The translations under genes were made by a program, and so were the position numbers. Under the pieces are notes generated by a model. That model made no database searches. It worked only from the letters and a program-made list of their open reading frames with translations, and was not told the origin of the DNA. Positions 9,647-19,426 of a DNA stretch of 32,000 nt are shown here, in pieces; the stretch's first letter is position 1, and each line of letters begins with the position of its first letter. This stretch comes from Candidatus Saccharimonadota bacterium. GTDB taxonomy: Bacteria > Pseudomonadota > Gammaproteobacteria > Enterobacterales > Enterobacteriaceae. The DNA is taken from positions 300,001 through 332,000 of the forward strand of contig NC_014909.2 of NCBI RefSeq assembly GCF_000185985.2, read 5' to 3'.

Positions 9647-10399
9647 GTGATATCATATCAACATAAAGATAATTTAAAATATTTTTCTTATAATTTATTA
9701 CCAAAGCATGTTGCCATTATTATGGATGGTAATGGTCGATGGGCTAGAATTAGAGGAAGATTACGTATTATAGGGCATCAAGCAGGATTTCAAGCTGCTC
9801 GTCAGGCAGTGCGTTTTGCTGTTAATTATCAATTTGATGCACTTACATTGTATGCTTTTAGTAGTGAGAATTGGAAACGTCCTGATTCAGAAATAGATTC
9901 TTTGATGCAATTATTTGCATATGCGTTAGATAATGAGATTTATAATCTGCATAAAAATAATATTAAACTGAAAATTATTGGAGATATAAGTAGATTTAAT
10001 AAAGCATTGCAAAATAGTATATTTAACGCTGAACGATTAACGGCTGATAATGATGGTCTTAATTTAAATATTGCTGTAAATTATGGGGGAAGATGGGATA
10101 TTCTTCAAGGAGTAAAAAAAATTGCTGTGCAGGTGAAGAAAGGTATTTTAGATCCAAATCTAATTAATGAAGATTTATTATGTCAATATATTTGTATGAA
10201 TGATATGGTTCCAGTAGATTTAGTGATTAGAACCGGAGGTGAACGTCGTATTAGTAATTTTTTATTGTGGCAAATAGCATATGCTGAGTTATTTTTTACG
10301 GATATATTATGGCCTGATTTTAATGATGTTGTTTTTAAAAGTGCTTTGCATGCTTTCATGCAACGGGATAGGCGTTTTGGAAAAAGCACTTTTATGTAA
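9647..10399 (+). CDS. uppS: Ditrans,polycis-undecaprenyl-diphosphate synthase
   Basis: The 250-aa ORF has a GTG start. It contains HVAIIMDGNGRWA, LTLYAFSSENWKRP, NYGGRWDI, DLVIRTGGERRISNFLLWQIAYAELFFTDILWPDF and RDRRFG, as in E. coli UppS. Confidence 0.94.
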   Translation: MISYQHKDNLKYFSYNLLPKHVAIIMDGNGRWARIRGRLRIIGHQAGFQAARQAVRFAVNYQFDALTLYAFSSENWKRPDSEIDSLMQLFAYALDNEIYNLHKNNIKLKIIGDISRFNKALQNSIFNAERLTADNDGLNLNIAVNYGGRWDILQGVKKIAVQVKKGILDPNLINEDLLCQYICMNDMVPVDLVIRTGGERRISNFLLWQIAYAELFFTDILWPDFNDVVFKSALHAFMQRDRRFGKSTFM

Positions 10400-10460
10400 T
10401 TTTTTAATTCATAGCACAAATAATCTTTTAAAATCACACGTACGATAAGGAGTGTGTAGT

Positions 10461-11342
10461 GTGTTACGTAGCCGTATAATTAGTACGTTTGTATTGATTC
10501 CTGTTGTTATTTATCTATTGTTTTTTTCTTCTAAAATACAATTTTCATTACTATTATTTACCATGTGTGCAATTAGTGCATGGGAATGGGGAAAACTAAT
10601 GAATTTTTCCTTTAAAATATACTGTATATGGATGTGTATGATGTGCAGTTTATTATATATTACTATGACTGTAATTATATCAAATTATTCATATCTTGAT
10701 CATTATTGGTTTATTTTATTTATTTTTTTCAGTTTTATTATGGTGTGGTGGATGTTTATGTTTTGTATAGTAGTATTTTATCCTTATTTTTCTATATATT
10801 GGGATAAATTTAATATATTACGTTTTTTATTTGGAATATTTATGATTCTACCTTTCTTTTTAGGAGTATTAATATTATATGGATTTGATTTTTTTCATCA
10901 TAATATCAATGGGAAATGGTGGTTATTATATATTTTAGTATTAGTTTGGATTAACGATTCTAGTGCGTATATCATTGGTCGAACAATAGGAAAGTATAAA
11001 TTATTGCAATGTGTATCTCCTAACAAAACTTGGGAAGGATGTGTTGGAGGAATATTAACTTCTACAGGAATAGCTTGGTTATTATGTCACTATATAATGG
11101 AAAACATTGATTATAATTGTTTGTATATAATTTTTATTTGTTTTATAGGTACTATTTTTTTTTCTATAATAGGTGATTTGACCGAGAGTATGTTTAAACG
11201 GGCATCTGGTATCAAAGATGTTAGTAATTTAGTACCTGGCCATGGAGGCATGTTAGATAGAATAGATAGTTTGCTTGCTGCAGTTCCTAGTTTTATTGTT
11301 TTTTTATTATTATTCACACATATCAATATTATTTCAACGTAA
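10461..11342 (+). CDS. cdsA: Phosphatidate cytidylyltransferase (CDP-diglyceride synthase)
   Basis: The track ORF starts at GTG 10452, which overlaps the AAGGAG Shine-Dalgarno (10447-10452). The GTG at 10461, 8 nt after the Shine-Dalgarno, gives MLRSRIISTFVLIPVV, matching E. coli MLKYRLISAFVLIPVV. The C-terminal signature SPNKTWEG ... GDLTESMFKRASGIKD ... PGHGGMLDRIDS is present. Confidence 0.92.
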   Translation: MLRSRIISTFVLIPVVIYLLFFSSKIQFSLLLFTMCAISAWEWGKLMNFSFKIYCIWMCMMCSLLYITMTVIISNYSYLDHYWFILFIFFSFIMVWWMFMFCIVVFYPYFSIYWDKFNILRFLFGIFMILPFFLGVLILYGFDFFHHNINGKWWLLYILVLVWINDSSAYIIGRTIGKYKLLQCVSPNKTWEGCVGGILTSTGIAWLLCHYIMENIDYNCLYIIFICFIGTIFFSIIGDLTESMFKRASGIKDVSNLVPGHGGMLDRIDSLLAAVPSFIVFLLLFTHINIIST

Positions 11343-11359
11343 GATATGGGGTAGTAATT

Positions 11360-12769
11360 ATGATTAATTTAACACATTTTTTTTGGAATACGGTTGCTTT
11401 TGTTATTACAATAGGTATATTGATTACAGTTCATGAGTTCGGACATTTTTTAGCAGCACGATTTTTTCAAGTCAAAGTAGAACGCTTATCTATTGGGTTT
11501 GGGCCTGTATTATGGAGTTGGACATGTTCAAATGGAACTGAATATACTATATCTGCAATTCCATTAGGAGGTTATATAAAATTACTTGATACACCTTCTA
11601 ATTCAATTTTTGAAAAATCTCGTAATCTTGTTGCACAAAAAATTACTAATGAAGGAAACTCATTTCATTCCCAACATATTTGGAAACGTAGCATTATAAT
11701 CGCTGCCGGTCCTATTTTTAATTTTATTTTTGCTATATTAATTTATACTATAACTTATAGTATAGGAATACCCATTAATAAACCTATCATTAATTATATT
11801 TTGCCTAATTCTATTTTTGATCAGTCAGGGATACCAGTGAAATCAGAAATTAAGTCTGTAAATAATATTAAAGTTTCTGATTGGGAATCAGCACGTTTTG
11901 AAATTCTAAATAATATAAATAAAAAAAAAATTTTATTCACTATTCAAGTAACGAGCGATAAAAAAGAACATTTAAACACGTATACTATTTATTTACCGAC
12001 TAATTGGTTTAGTCAATCTCTTATTGATTCTAATGATCCGTTAATAGCGTTAGGTATCTTTCCTGATATTTTACACATAACATCAGATGATTTAGATTCG
12101 CAATTATATTGTTTTAATTCCCAGAATTTATTAGAAATTAACGATAAAATTTTATTAATTAATAAACAACCAATATATAATTGGGAGTTCTTAACACAAA
12201 CTATACAAAATAACGCAGAAAAACTATTTCAAATAGTTGTGGAACGAAATGAACGTTTACTATATTTAGATGCGATATTAGGTAATAAAAATTTAGTTGA
12301 TTCTAATGTTTTTAAAACAAATAATTATTTCTTTTTAAGAAATAATTATTTAGCAAATACTCAAAATCCAGAAATTCAGAAGTATGAATTACATAATGCT
12401 ATCTTAAAAGCTTTTAATAAAACTAAAAATTTATTTTTTTTCACAGTAAATTCATTGCGTCAATTGATTTCTGGTGATATTAAAATAACTAATTTGCATG
12501 GTCCTATAGCAATAGCACAAGGTGCAAGACAATCAATGTATTCAGGATTGCATCATTATTTAATGTTTTTAGCTATAATTAGTATAAATTTAGGGATTAT
12601 TAATTTTCTTCCTTTTCCGGTGTTAGATGGGGGGCAATTATGTTTATTATTAATTGAAAAAATAACAGGGGCTCCATTATCTAAAAAAGTACAAAATTTT
12701 AGTTATATGCTTAGTTTAATAATACTAATATGTATTACTATAATAGCTTTATATAACGATATAGTTTAG
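11360..12769 (+). CDS. rseP: Site-2 regulated intramembrane zinc metalloprotease RseP
   Basis: The 469-aa ORF has the HEFGH zinc motif at its N-terminus, ERLSIGFGP, IPLGGYIKLLD, AAGPIFNFIFA, LHGPIAIAQGA and NLGIINFLPFPVLDGG (LDG motif), colinear with E. coli RseP (450 aa). Confidence 0.92.
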   Translation: MINLTHFFWNTVAFVITIGILITVHEFGHFLAARFFQVKVERLSIGFGPVLWSWTCSNGTEYTISAIPLGGYIKLLDTPSNSIFEKSRNLVAQKITNEGNSFHSQHIWKRSIIIAAGPIFNFIFAILIYTITYSIGIPINKPIINYILPNSIFDQSGIPVKSEIKSVNNIKVSDWESARFEILNNINKKKILFTIQVTSDKKEHLNTYTIYLPTNWFSQSLIDSNDPLIALGIFPDILHITSDDLDSQLYCFNSQNLLEINDKILLINKQPIYNWEFLTQTIQNNAEKLFQIVVERNERLLYLDAILGNKNLVDSNVFKTNNYFFLRNNYLANTQNPEIQKYELHNAILKAFNKTKNLFFFTVNSLRQLISGDIKITNLHGPIAIAQGARQSMYSGLHHYLMFLAIISINLGIINFLPFPVLDGGQLCLLLIEKITGAPLSKKVQNFSYMLSLIILICITIIALYNDIV

Positions 12770-12803
12770 TAAGGTAATAGTGAAATAGATAATATACTTA
12801 ATT

Positions 12804-15266
12804 ATGAAACACTATAATATAACAAGAATAGTAATGGCAGTACTTTTGTTGTTTGTAAGTGATGTGACATACAGCACCGATTTTTTGGTGAATAAAATTT
12901 GTTTTATTGGATTGCAACGTGTTTCTTTAAATACTGCATTACATAAATTGTCGTTTAAAATTGGGGATGTTATCCAAAGTAGCGATATTGCTAATAGTAT
13001 AAAAATGTTATTTTTTACTGGTTGTTTTAAAGAAATTTGTATATCTAGAGATGACGGAGTTATAACGATAACAGTTACAGAAAATCCTATAATTAATAAG
13101 ATTACATTTCATGGAAACAAAGTGATCAAACCAGAAATGATACAACATGTATTAGATATGAAAAAAATTAAAGTTGGGCAGCCATTAAATAATTCGTTTA
13201 TTTGTGAAGCACTTAAAGAATTTAAAGATATATATCATAGTATTGGGAAATTTAATGCTATAGTTAAAATTAACCCCATTATCTTACCTAAGAATTGTGT
13301 GGATTTAAAAGTAGTATTTTATGAAGGGAATACTGCTAAAATTAATAGTATTACCATTTTGGGTAATCAATCATTTTCTCAAAAAAAATTATTTGAACAA
13401 TGCAATTTATATAAAAAAACTTGGTGGAATAATACATTGTATAATAATGAATATGACCAACAAAAAATTTTTTATGGTTTAGAAAAATTGCGTACTTTTT
13501 ATTTAAATCATGGTTATGCGAAATTTTATATTGATGAACCTCTGGCAAATTTATCAATGAATAAAGAGAAAGTTGAAATTAATTTGCGTATTTTTGAGGG
13601 GTCTCGGTATTTTTTTGATTCTGTCATATTACATGGAAATGTATTAAAATATTTTCCTAGTATTAAAAGATATTTACAGATTTCATCTGAAAAATTATAT
13701 AGTAATAGTGCAATTGAGCAAATGGGACAAAATATACGATATTTACTTGGAAAACACGGATATATTCAGCCTGATATTTTAATCGATCAAGATTTTAATG
13801 AAAAAAATAAAACTGTAAAATTGCATTTATACATTGATGTAGGAAAGCGTTTTTATGTTCGAGAAATATGTTGCGAAGGCAATAATTTGACTGAAGATTC
13901 CGTTATTAGAAGGGAAGTACGACAAGCAGAATTATCTCCTTTAAATTATATTCATGTTTTGAAGGATCAAGAGCAATTACGACGACTTGGTTATTTTAAA
14001 GAAGTGAACGCTCGTATTGAGCCAGTACCTGATACAATCAATCAAATTGACTTAATTTATAACATTGAGGAACGTAATACTGGCAACTTAAATATTAGCA
14101 TTGGATTAGGCAAGGAAAGTGGTTTAAACATTCAATCTGAAATTCATCAAGATAATTTTTTGGGAACTGGAAATGCTATTTCTGTAACAATAACAAAAAA
14201 TTATTGTCAGAGTTATATTGATATGCTAATGCTAAAAAGGTATTCTAAAATTAGGGGAGACAATATTTCTGGAAAAGTGTTTTATAACAATCTTTTTTCT
14301 GATAAGATGAATCTATCTAATTACAATATGAAGAATTATGGAGTTAATGTTGATTATTTATATCCATTAAACAAACGTACTTCTTGTAATATAGGATTAA
14401 ATTATATATCAAATCATTTAAATAAAATAGTTCCTCAAGTTGCGGTATGGCGTTATTTAGACTCAATAGGTAAAAATCCTGCAATACTTACTGACCAAGT
14501 TAATCCCCTGACTAATATTAATAGTATTAATTTTTATGCTAATGATTTTCTGATAATTTTAGGACAATCTTTTAATAATCTAAATCATATATTTTTTCCT
14601 GAGTTTGGTTCTAATACAACTATTACGTGTAAATTAACGTTACCTGGATCTGATAATAAGTATTATAAACTAATGATAAACAGTAGTTATTATTATCCAT
14701 TAGATGATAGAGCGCATTGGGTGTTAATGAGTGCTATATGCACTGGTTATTCTGGTAGTTTATATAATCAAAAAACAGAAAGTCCATTTTTTGATAATTT
14801 TTGTATAGGGGGAATAGGCACTGTTCGTGGATTTCGATTAAATAGTATTGGACCTAAAGCTGCGTATTATCAATGTAATAATTCTAATACAAATTATTCT
14901 CAATGCTCAATTAGAAATTCTTACGATACTATAGGGGGAAATGCAGTAGTATTTATAAAAAATGAATTAATTATGCCAATATTATGGATGAATAATACAA
15001 AATATGACAATGTAGCTCGAATTTCTTTATTTATAGATTCAGGTACAGTGTGGGATACATATTGGGAAAATACACAAAAAACTCAATACGCTGGTATTTT
15101 AGATTATAGTATTTTTGGTCATATACGTATATCTAGCGGGATATCTTTAAAATGGATATCTCCAATTGGCCCAATAATTTTTTCTTATTCAAAATTAATT
15201 CAAAAATATCCAGGAGATATGGAAGAGGTTTTTCAATTTACTATTGGTAAAACCGGTAATTTATAA
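12804..15266 (+). CDS. bamA: Outer membrane protein assembly factor BamA
   Basis: The 820-aa ORF has an N-terminal signal-like segment and POTRA-type repeats (ICFIGLQRVS..., ITFHGNKVI...). It also has VRREVRQAE, ERNTGNLNISIGLG and a C-terminal barrel with GGIGTVRGF and FQFTIGKT. It lies in the conserved position between rseP and skp. Confidence 0.93.
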   Translation: MKHYNITRIVMAVLLLFVSDVTYSTDFLVNKICFIGLQRVSLNTALHKLSFKIGDVIQSSDIANSIKMLFFTGCFKEICISRDDGVITITVTENPIINKITFHGNKVIKPEMIQHVLDMKKIKVGQPLNNSFICEALKEFKDIYHSIGKFNAIVKINPIILPKNCVDLKVVFYEGNTAKINSITILGNQSFSQKKLFEQCNLYKKTWWNNTLYNNEYDQQKIFYGLEKLRTFYLNHGYAKFYIDEPLANLSMNKEKVEINLRIFEGSRYFFDSVILHGNVLKYFPSIKRYLQISSEKLYSNSAIEQMGQNIRYLLGKHGYIQPDILIDQDFNEKNKTVKLHLYIDVGKRFYVREICCEGNNLTEDSVIRREVRQAELSPLNYIHVLKDQEQLRRLGYFKEVNARIEPVPDTINQIDLIYNIEERNTGNLNISIGLGKESGLNIQSEIHQDNFLGTGNAISVTITKNYCQSYIDMLMLKRYSKIRGDNISGKVFYNNLFSDKMNLSNYNMKNYGVNVDYLYPLNKRTSCNIGLNYISNHLNKIVPQVAVWRYLDSIGKNPAILTDQVNPLTNINSINFYANDFLIILGQSFNNLNHIFFPEFGSNTTITCKLTLPGSDNKYYKLMINSSYYYPLDDRAHWVLMSAICTGYSGSLYNQKTESPFFDNFCIGGIGTVRGFRLNSIGPKAAYYQCNNSNTNYSQCSIRNSYDTIGGNAVVFIKNELIMPILWMNNTKYDNVARISLFIDSGTVWDTYWENTQKTQYAGILDYSIFGHIRISSGISLKWISPIGPIIFSYSKLIQKYPGDMEEVFQFTIGKTGNL

Positions 15267-15347
15267 TTAAAAATCAAACTTACAGAGATAAGTATCTAAC
15301 ATATTAAAAATATATTTAATAATATTAATGTATTTGAGAGGTTTATA

Positions 15348-15848
15348 GTGAAAAATCAAATGTATATATTAGGAATAATGATTTGGTTAATTCAAATTAA
15401 TTATGTTGACGCTTCAAATAAAATAGCAGTAGTTAATATTGCTCATATATTTCAGCAATCTTCTCAACGCTCAGAAAGTATTAAAAAGTTAGAATGTGAA
15501 TTTAAAGATCGAGCTTCAGAATTAGAGATGATGGAACATGATTTACAAATTAAAATGCAAACATTACAAAGAGATGGAGCTACAATGAAAGAAATCGATC
15601 GAAATAAGTTAGAAAAATTATTAATAGCTCAAAGAGAACTTTTTTCTAATAAAGCTAAAGTATTTCAACAAGATAATCACTCTAGGCAAACAGAAGAAAG
15701 AGATAAAATTCTTGATATTATTTTTACAGTAGTTAAAAATATGGCTAAAAGAGAAAATTATGACATAGTTATTGATACTAGTTCAGTGGTGTATTTTAAT
15801 TCTCGTATTAAAGATATTACTAACCCTGTTGCTAAACAAGTTGGCTAA
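15348..15848 (+). CDS. skp: Periplasmic chaperone Skp (OmpH)
   Basis: The 166-aa ORF has a GTG start 6 nt after GAGAGG and a signal peptide ending VDA|S. It contains [13 protein letters not shown] and [16 protein letters not shown], matching E. coli Skp (KIAIVNMGSLFQQ, LENEFKGRASELQRME). Confidence 0.88.
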   Translation: MKNQMYILGIMIWLIQINYVDASNKIAVVNIAHIFQQSSQRSESIKKLECEFKDRASELEMMEHDLQIKMQTLQRDGATMKEIDRNKLEKLLIAQRELFSNKAKVFQQDNHSRQTEERDKILDIIFTVVKNMAKRENYDIVIDTSSVVYFNSRIKDITNPVAKQVG

Positions 15849-15864
15849 ATAGGTAGTATGTTTA

Positions 15865-16995
15865 ATGTGTTTAAATAAAATTCGATTGTTTGAATTGGCT
15901 AAAAAAATAGGTGCTGAACTTCATGGAAATGGAAACATTTACATTACACAAGTTTCATCTATAAAAAAAGCACAATCAGGACATATTACTTTTTTAAACG
16001 ATTTACGTTATAAAAATCAATTAAGATTTTGTTCTGCATCTGCTATTATTGTATCTAAGGAGAATTTAAAATTTTGTCGATCAATTACCGCATTGGTAGT
16101 TCAAGATCCTATTTTAACTTATATTAAAATATTTAATTTTTTTCATACTCAATCTAATGATAAATTTAATTCTCATATTTCAGCAGGATCAGTTATAGAT
16201 AAGCGAGCTGTGTTAAGCAAAAATGTTAAAATTGGAAATAACGTTATTATACGATCTGGTGCGGTTGTAGAAGATAAGGTTAAAATCGGTTCTGGTTGTT
16301 TTATAGGCAAAAATGTTAAAATTGGTGAAGGTACTTGTTTATGCTCTAATGTTGTCGTGCATAGCGAATCAGAGATTGGAAAGTATTGTAGAATACAATC
16401 TGGATCAGTAATAGGATCAGACGGATTTGGATATATTAAGAGGAATAATATATGGATAAAAATTCCTCAATTAGGACGAGTAAACATTGAAAATTATGTA
16501 GAAATTGGATCATGTACTACTATTGATAGAGGTGCGTTAGATGATACACATATAAAAAATGGGGTGATTATTGATAATCAATGTCAGATTGCTCATAATG
16601 TAGTCATTGGTGAGCATACTGCAATAGCAGGAGGAGTAATTATTGCTGGTAGTGTGATTATTGGCAATCATTGTATGATTGGTGGGGCAAGTGTAATTAA
16701 TGGACATATTAGTATTTGTGATAACGCAGTAGTAACTGGAATGAGTATGGTAATTAGATCTATTTCACAACCTAGGGTGTATTCTTCTGGGTTGCCTGTG
16801 CAGCCTAATTTTTCTTGGAAAAGAACTACTGCTTTAGTTATGAAAATTAGAGAAATAAATAAACGAATAAAAAAAGTAGAAAAAAAAACACATTATTCCT
16901 ATTATTATAGGATTCTGGGAATAATTTATTTTTTTACTATTTTAAGTTCAACTAGTTTGATTTTGTTAATAAATTTTCTTTTTAATCAGGAATAA
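15865..16995 (+). CDS. lpxD: UDP-3-O-(3-hydroxyacyl)glucosamine N-acyltransferase, with an atypical C-terminal extension of about 30 aa
   Basis: The 376-aa ORF contains [59 protein letters not shown] and [16 protein letters not shown], near-identical to E. coli LpxD (341 aa). The tail after the A9 tract (16880-16888) has no counterpart in E. coli. Confidence 0.93.
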   Translation: MCLNKIRLFELAKKIGAELHGNGNIYITQVSSIKKAQSGHITFLNDLRYKNQLRFCSASAIIVSKENLKFCRSITALVVQDPILTYIKIFNFFHTQSNDKFNSHISAGSVIDKRAVLSKNVKIGNNVIIRSGAVVEDKVKIGSGCFIGKNVKIGEGTCLCSNVVVHSESEIGKYCRIQSGSVIGSDGFGYIKRNNIWIKIPQLGRVNIENYVEIGSCTTIDRGALDDTHIKNGVIIDNQCQIAHNVVIGEHTAIAGGVIIAGSVIIGNHCMIGGASVINGHISICDNAVVTGMSMVIRSISQPRVYSSGLPVQPNFSWKRTTALVMKIREINKRIKKVEKKTHYSYYYRILGIIYFFTILSSTSLILLINFLFNQE

Positions 16996-17000
16996 AAAAT

Positions 17001-17468
17001 TTGGTTATTGATGCTAGTATGTTATCTATAGAAGAAGTTTTAAGGCTTTTACCTCATCGTTTCCCATTTTTGTTAGTAGATCGTGTGCTCAATTTTGAGA
17101 AAGGAAAGTTTTTAAAAGCACTAAAAAATGTTTCATTTAATGAGCCTTTTTTTCAGGGGCATTTTCCAGGAAAACCTATTTTTCCTGGAGTTTTGATTTT
17201 AGAGGCTATGGCTCAAGCTACAGGAATTTTAGCATTTAAAAGCACAGGAAAATTAGAACCTGGGGAATTATATTATTTTGCGGCTATAGATGAAGCACGT
17301 TTTAAAAAACCAGTGCAACCTGGTGATCAAATGATATTAAATGTTGAATTTATTAAAGAAAGATGTGGAATTGCCCGTTTTAAAGGAGTAGCAACGGTTA
17401 ATGAAGAAATGGCATGCGAAGCATTAATGATGTGTGCTAGACGTAAGGAAATTAAAATTGATGATTAA
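17001..17468 (+). CDS. fabZ: 3-hydroxyacyl-ACP dehydratase FabZ
   Basis: The segment [14 protein letters not shown] ... [61 protein letters not shown] is near-identical to E. coli FabZ. The TTG start at 17001 lies 8 nt after AGGAA (16988-16992) and gives the same N-terminal length as E. coli. ATG 17019 is the alternative start. Confidence 0.93.
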   Translation: MVIDASMLSIEEVLRLLPHRFPFLLVDRVLNFEKGKFLKALKNVSFNEPFFQGHFPGKPIFPGVLILEAMAQATGILAFKSTGKLEPGELYYFAAIDEARFKKPVQPGDQMILNVEFIKERCGIARFKGVATVNEEMACEALMMCARRKEIKIDD

Positions 17469-18249
17469 CCCATCAGCCATTATTCACCCATCTTCTATAA
17501 TAGAAAAAGGAGCTAAAATTCATGCCAATGTGCATATTGGGCCATTTTGTTTTGTTGGTGCTCAAGTTGAGATAGGAGCTCGAACTATATTAAAATCTCA
17601 TATTGTAATAAATGGTGTGACTCAAATTGGAGAGGATAATAAAATTTATCAGTTTGCGTCTTTAGGTGAAATTAACCAAGATTTAAAATATGCTAAAGAA
17701 CCTACTAAAATAGAAATTGGGAATTTTAATCAAATTAGAGAAAGTGTTACTATTCATCGAGGTACCACTCAGGGAGGTGAAATTACTAAAATAGGAAATA
17801 GTAATTTATTTATGATTAATGTTCATATTGCGCATGATTGTGTCATTGGCAATCATTGTATTATGGCTAATAATGTAACATTAGGAGGACATGTAAAAGT
17901 TGACGATCATGTTGTTATAGGAGGGATGACTGCTATTCATCAATTCTGTCTTATTGGTTCACATGTTATGATAGGAGGATGTTCTGGGGTAGTTCAAGAT
18001 ATTCCTCCGTTTATAATAGCACAAGGAAATCATGCAACACCTTTTGGATTAAACATTGAAGGCTTAAAACGAAAGGGATTTAGTCGGGGATCTATGCATG
18101 CTATTCGAAATGCTTATAAAGTTCTATATCGTAGTAATAAAACTATTGAAGAAGCAAAAATAGCTTTAAAATTGCTAGCAATGGAATATCCTGTCATTAA
18201 TACATTCATTAGTTTTTTGATCCGTTCTCAACGAGGAATTATTCGTTAA
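17461..18249 (+). CDS. lpxA: Acyl-ACP--UDP-N-acetylglucosamine O-acyltransferase
   Basis: The track ORF starts at GTG 17434, inside fabZ. The ATG at 17461 gives [14 protein letters not shown], matching E. coli MIDKSAFVHPTAIV. This start overlaps the fabZ stop (ATGATTAA). The ORF also has [43 protein letters not shown] and [23 protein letters not shown]. Confidence 0.94.
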   Translation: MINPSAIIHPSSIIEKGAKIHANVHIGPFCFVGAQVEIGARTILKSHIVINGVTQIGEDNKIYQFASLGEINQDLKYAKEPTKIEIGNFNQIRESVTIHRGTTQGGEITKIGNSNLFMINVHIAHDCVIGNHCIMANNVTLGGHVKVDDHVVIGGMTAIHQFCLIGSHVMIGGCSGVVQDIPPFIIAQGNHATPFGLNIEGLKRKGFSRGSMHAIRNAYKVLYRSNKTIEEAKIALKLLAMEYPVINTFISFLIRSQRGIIR

Positions 18250-18256
18250 ATTTTTT

Positions 18257-19408
18257 ATGGTAAATTGTCGTCCTATTTTAATTGGTATGGTAGCCGGAGA
18301 AAATTCTGGAGATATTTTAGGAGTTGGTTTAATTAAATCATTAAAAAAATATTTAAAAAATGTATATTTTTTTGGTGTAGGGGGAATGCGTATGCGTTCG
18401 GAAAACATGGAGTGTTGGTATAATATTGAAGAATTATCAGTAATGGGTATTACTGAAGTAATTTTCAAATTACCTAGTTTAATACGTATTAGAAGAAATT
18501 TAATTAGTCAGTTTTTAAAATTAAAATTAGATATTTTCATTGGTATTGATTTTCCAGATTTTAACATTTCTTTAGAATATAATTTAAAGAAAAAAGGTAT
18601 CCGAACAATACACTATGTAAGTCCTTCAGTGTGGGCATGGAGACGAAATCGTATTTTATACTTAAAAAAAGCTGTTCATAGTGTATTATTACTCTTTCCA
18701 TTTGAAAAACCAATTTATAGTTATTTTAATGTGCCTCATAAATTTATTGGGCATGTATTAGCTGATGAAATCCCATTATATCCTAATAAAATAAAAATAC
18801 GCGAAAAATTGGGTATTTCTGATAAAAAAATTTGTTTGGCCGTATTACCTGGAAGTAGGATGGAAGAAATTAAAATGTTGGCTCAAGATTTTTTAACTTG
18901 TATTGAATTATTAAATAATAATATACCTAATCTTGAAGTATTAGTACCGTTACATCATCAGAAACTGATAGATCAGTTTGTGAAATTGTCTTCATCTATT
19001 TCAGTTAAAGTTAAAGTTTTACATACTCAAAAAGCATGGAAAATCATGGTGGCAGCGGATATAGCTTTGTTGACAGCTGGAACGGCGACATTAGAATGTA
19101 TGTTGGCAAAATGTCCAATGGTGGTAGCTTATCGTACAAATCTTTTGACTTTTACGTTAGTAAAAAATTTTATTAAAATACCTTGGATATCCTTGCCAAA
19201 TTTAATAGCTAAAAAAAGTATAGTACAAGAATTTATTCAAAAGGAATGTAATCCGAAAAATTTATCTATAGCTTTATTAAATTTATTAAATTATAATGAT
19301 GATCAGCTCTTAACATTAAAACGCATTTTTTATCAATTGCATCAATCTATTAAATTAAATGCAAATGAGAAAGCAGCTTATGAGATTTTAAAATTTATAA
19401 AATCTTAA
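18257..19408 (+). CDS. lpxB: Lipid-A-disaccharide synthase
   Basis: The 383-aa ORF contains VAGENSGDILG, MGITEV, DFPDFNISLE.NLKKKGIRTIHYVSPSVWAWR, LLFPFEK, LPGSR, GTATLECMLAKCPMVVAYR and SLPNLIA, colinear with E. coli LpxB (382 aa). Confidence 0.94.
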   Translation: MVNCRPILIGMVAGENSGDILGVGLIKSLKKYLKNVYFFGVGGMRMRSENMECWYNIEELSVMGITEVIFKLPSLIRIRRNLISQFLKLKLDIFIGIDFPDFNISLEYNLKKKGIRTIHYVSPSVWAWRRNRILYLKKAVHSVLLLFPFEKPIYSYFNVPHKFIGHVLADEIPLYPNKIKIREKLGISDKKICLAVLPGSRMEEIKMLAQDFLTCIELLNNNIPNLEVLVPLHHQKLIDQFVKLSSSISVKVKVLHTQKAWKIMVAADIALLTAGTATLECMLAKCPMVVAYRTNLLTFTLVKNFIKIPWISLPNLIAKKSIVQEFIQKECNPKNLSIALLNLLNYNDDQLLTLKRIFYQLHQSIKLNANEKAAYEILKFIKS

Positions 19409-19426
19409 TTATTTATATATAAAATA

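Noticed and set aside
16217-16325. A perfect 19-nt direct repeat, gcaaaaatgttaaaattgg, at 16217-16235 and 16307-16325, exactly 90 nt apart.
   Set aside because: Both copies encode (S/G)KNVKIG turns of the LpxD left-handed beta-helix, and 90 nt equals five hexapeptide repeats. It is internal protein periodicity, perhaps homogenised, and not a regulatory or mobile repeat.
17434-17460. Upstream extensions of track ORFs using alternative starts: lpxA GTG 17434, dxr TTG 8219 and cdsA GTG 10452.
   Set aside because: Alignment to E. coli N-termini and Shine-Dalgarno spacing favour the downstream starts (17461, 8228, 10461). The extensions overlap the preceding gene or the Shine-Dalgarno itself.
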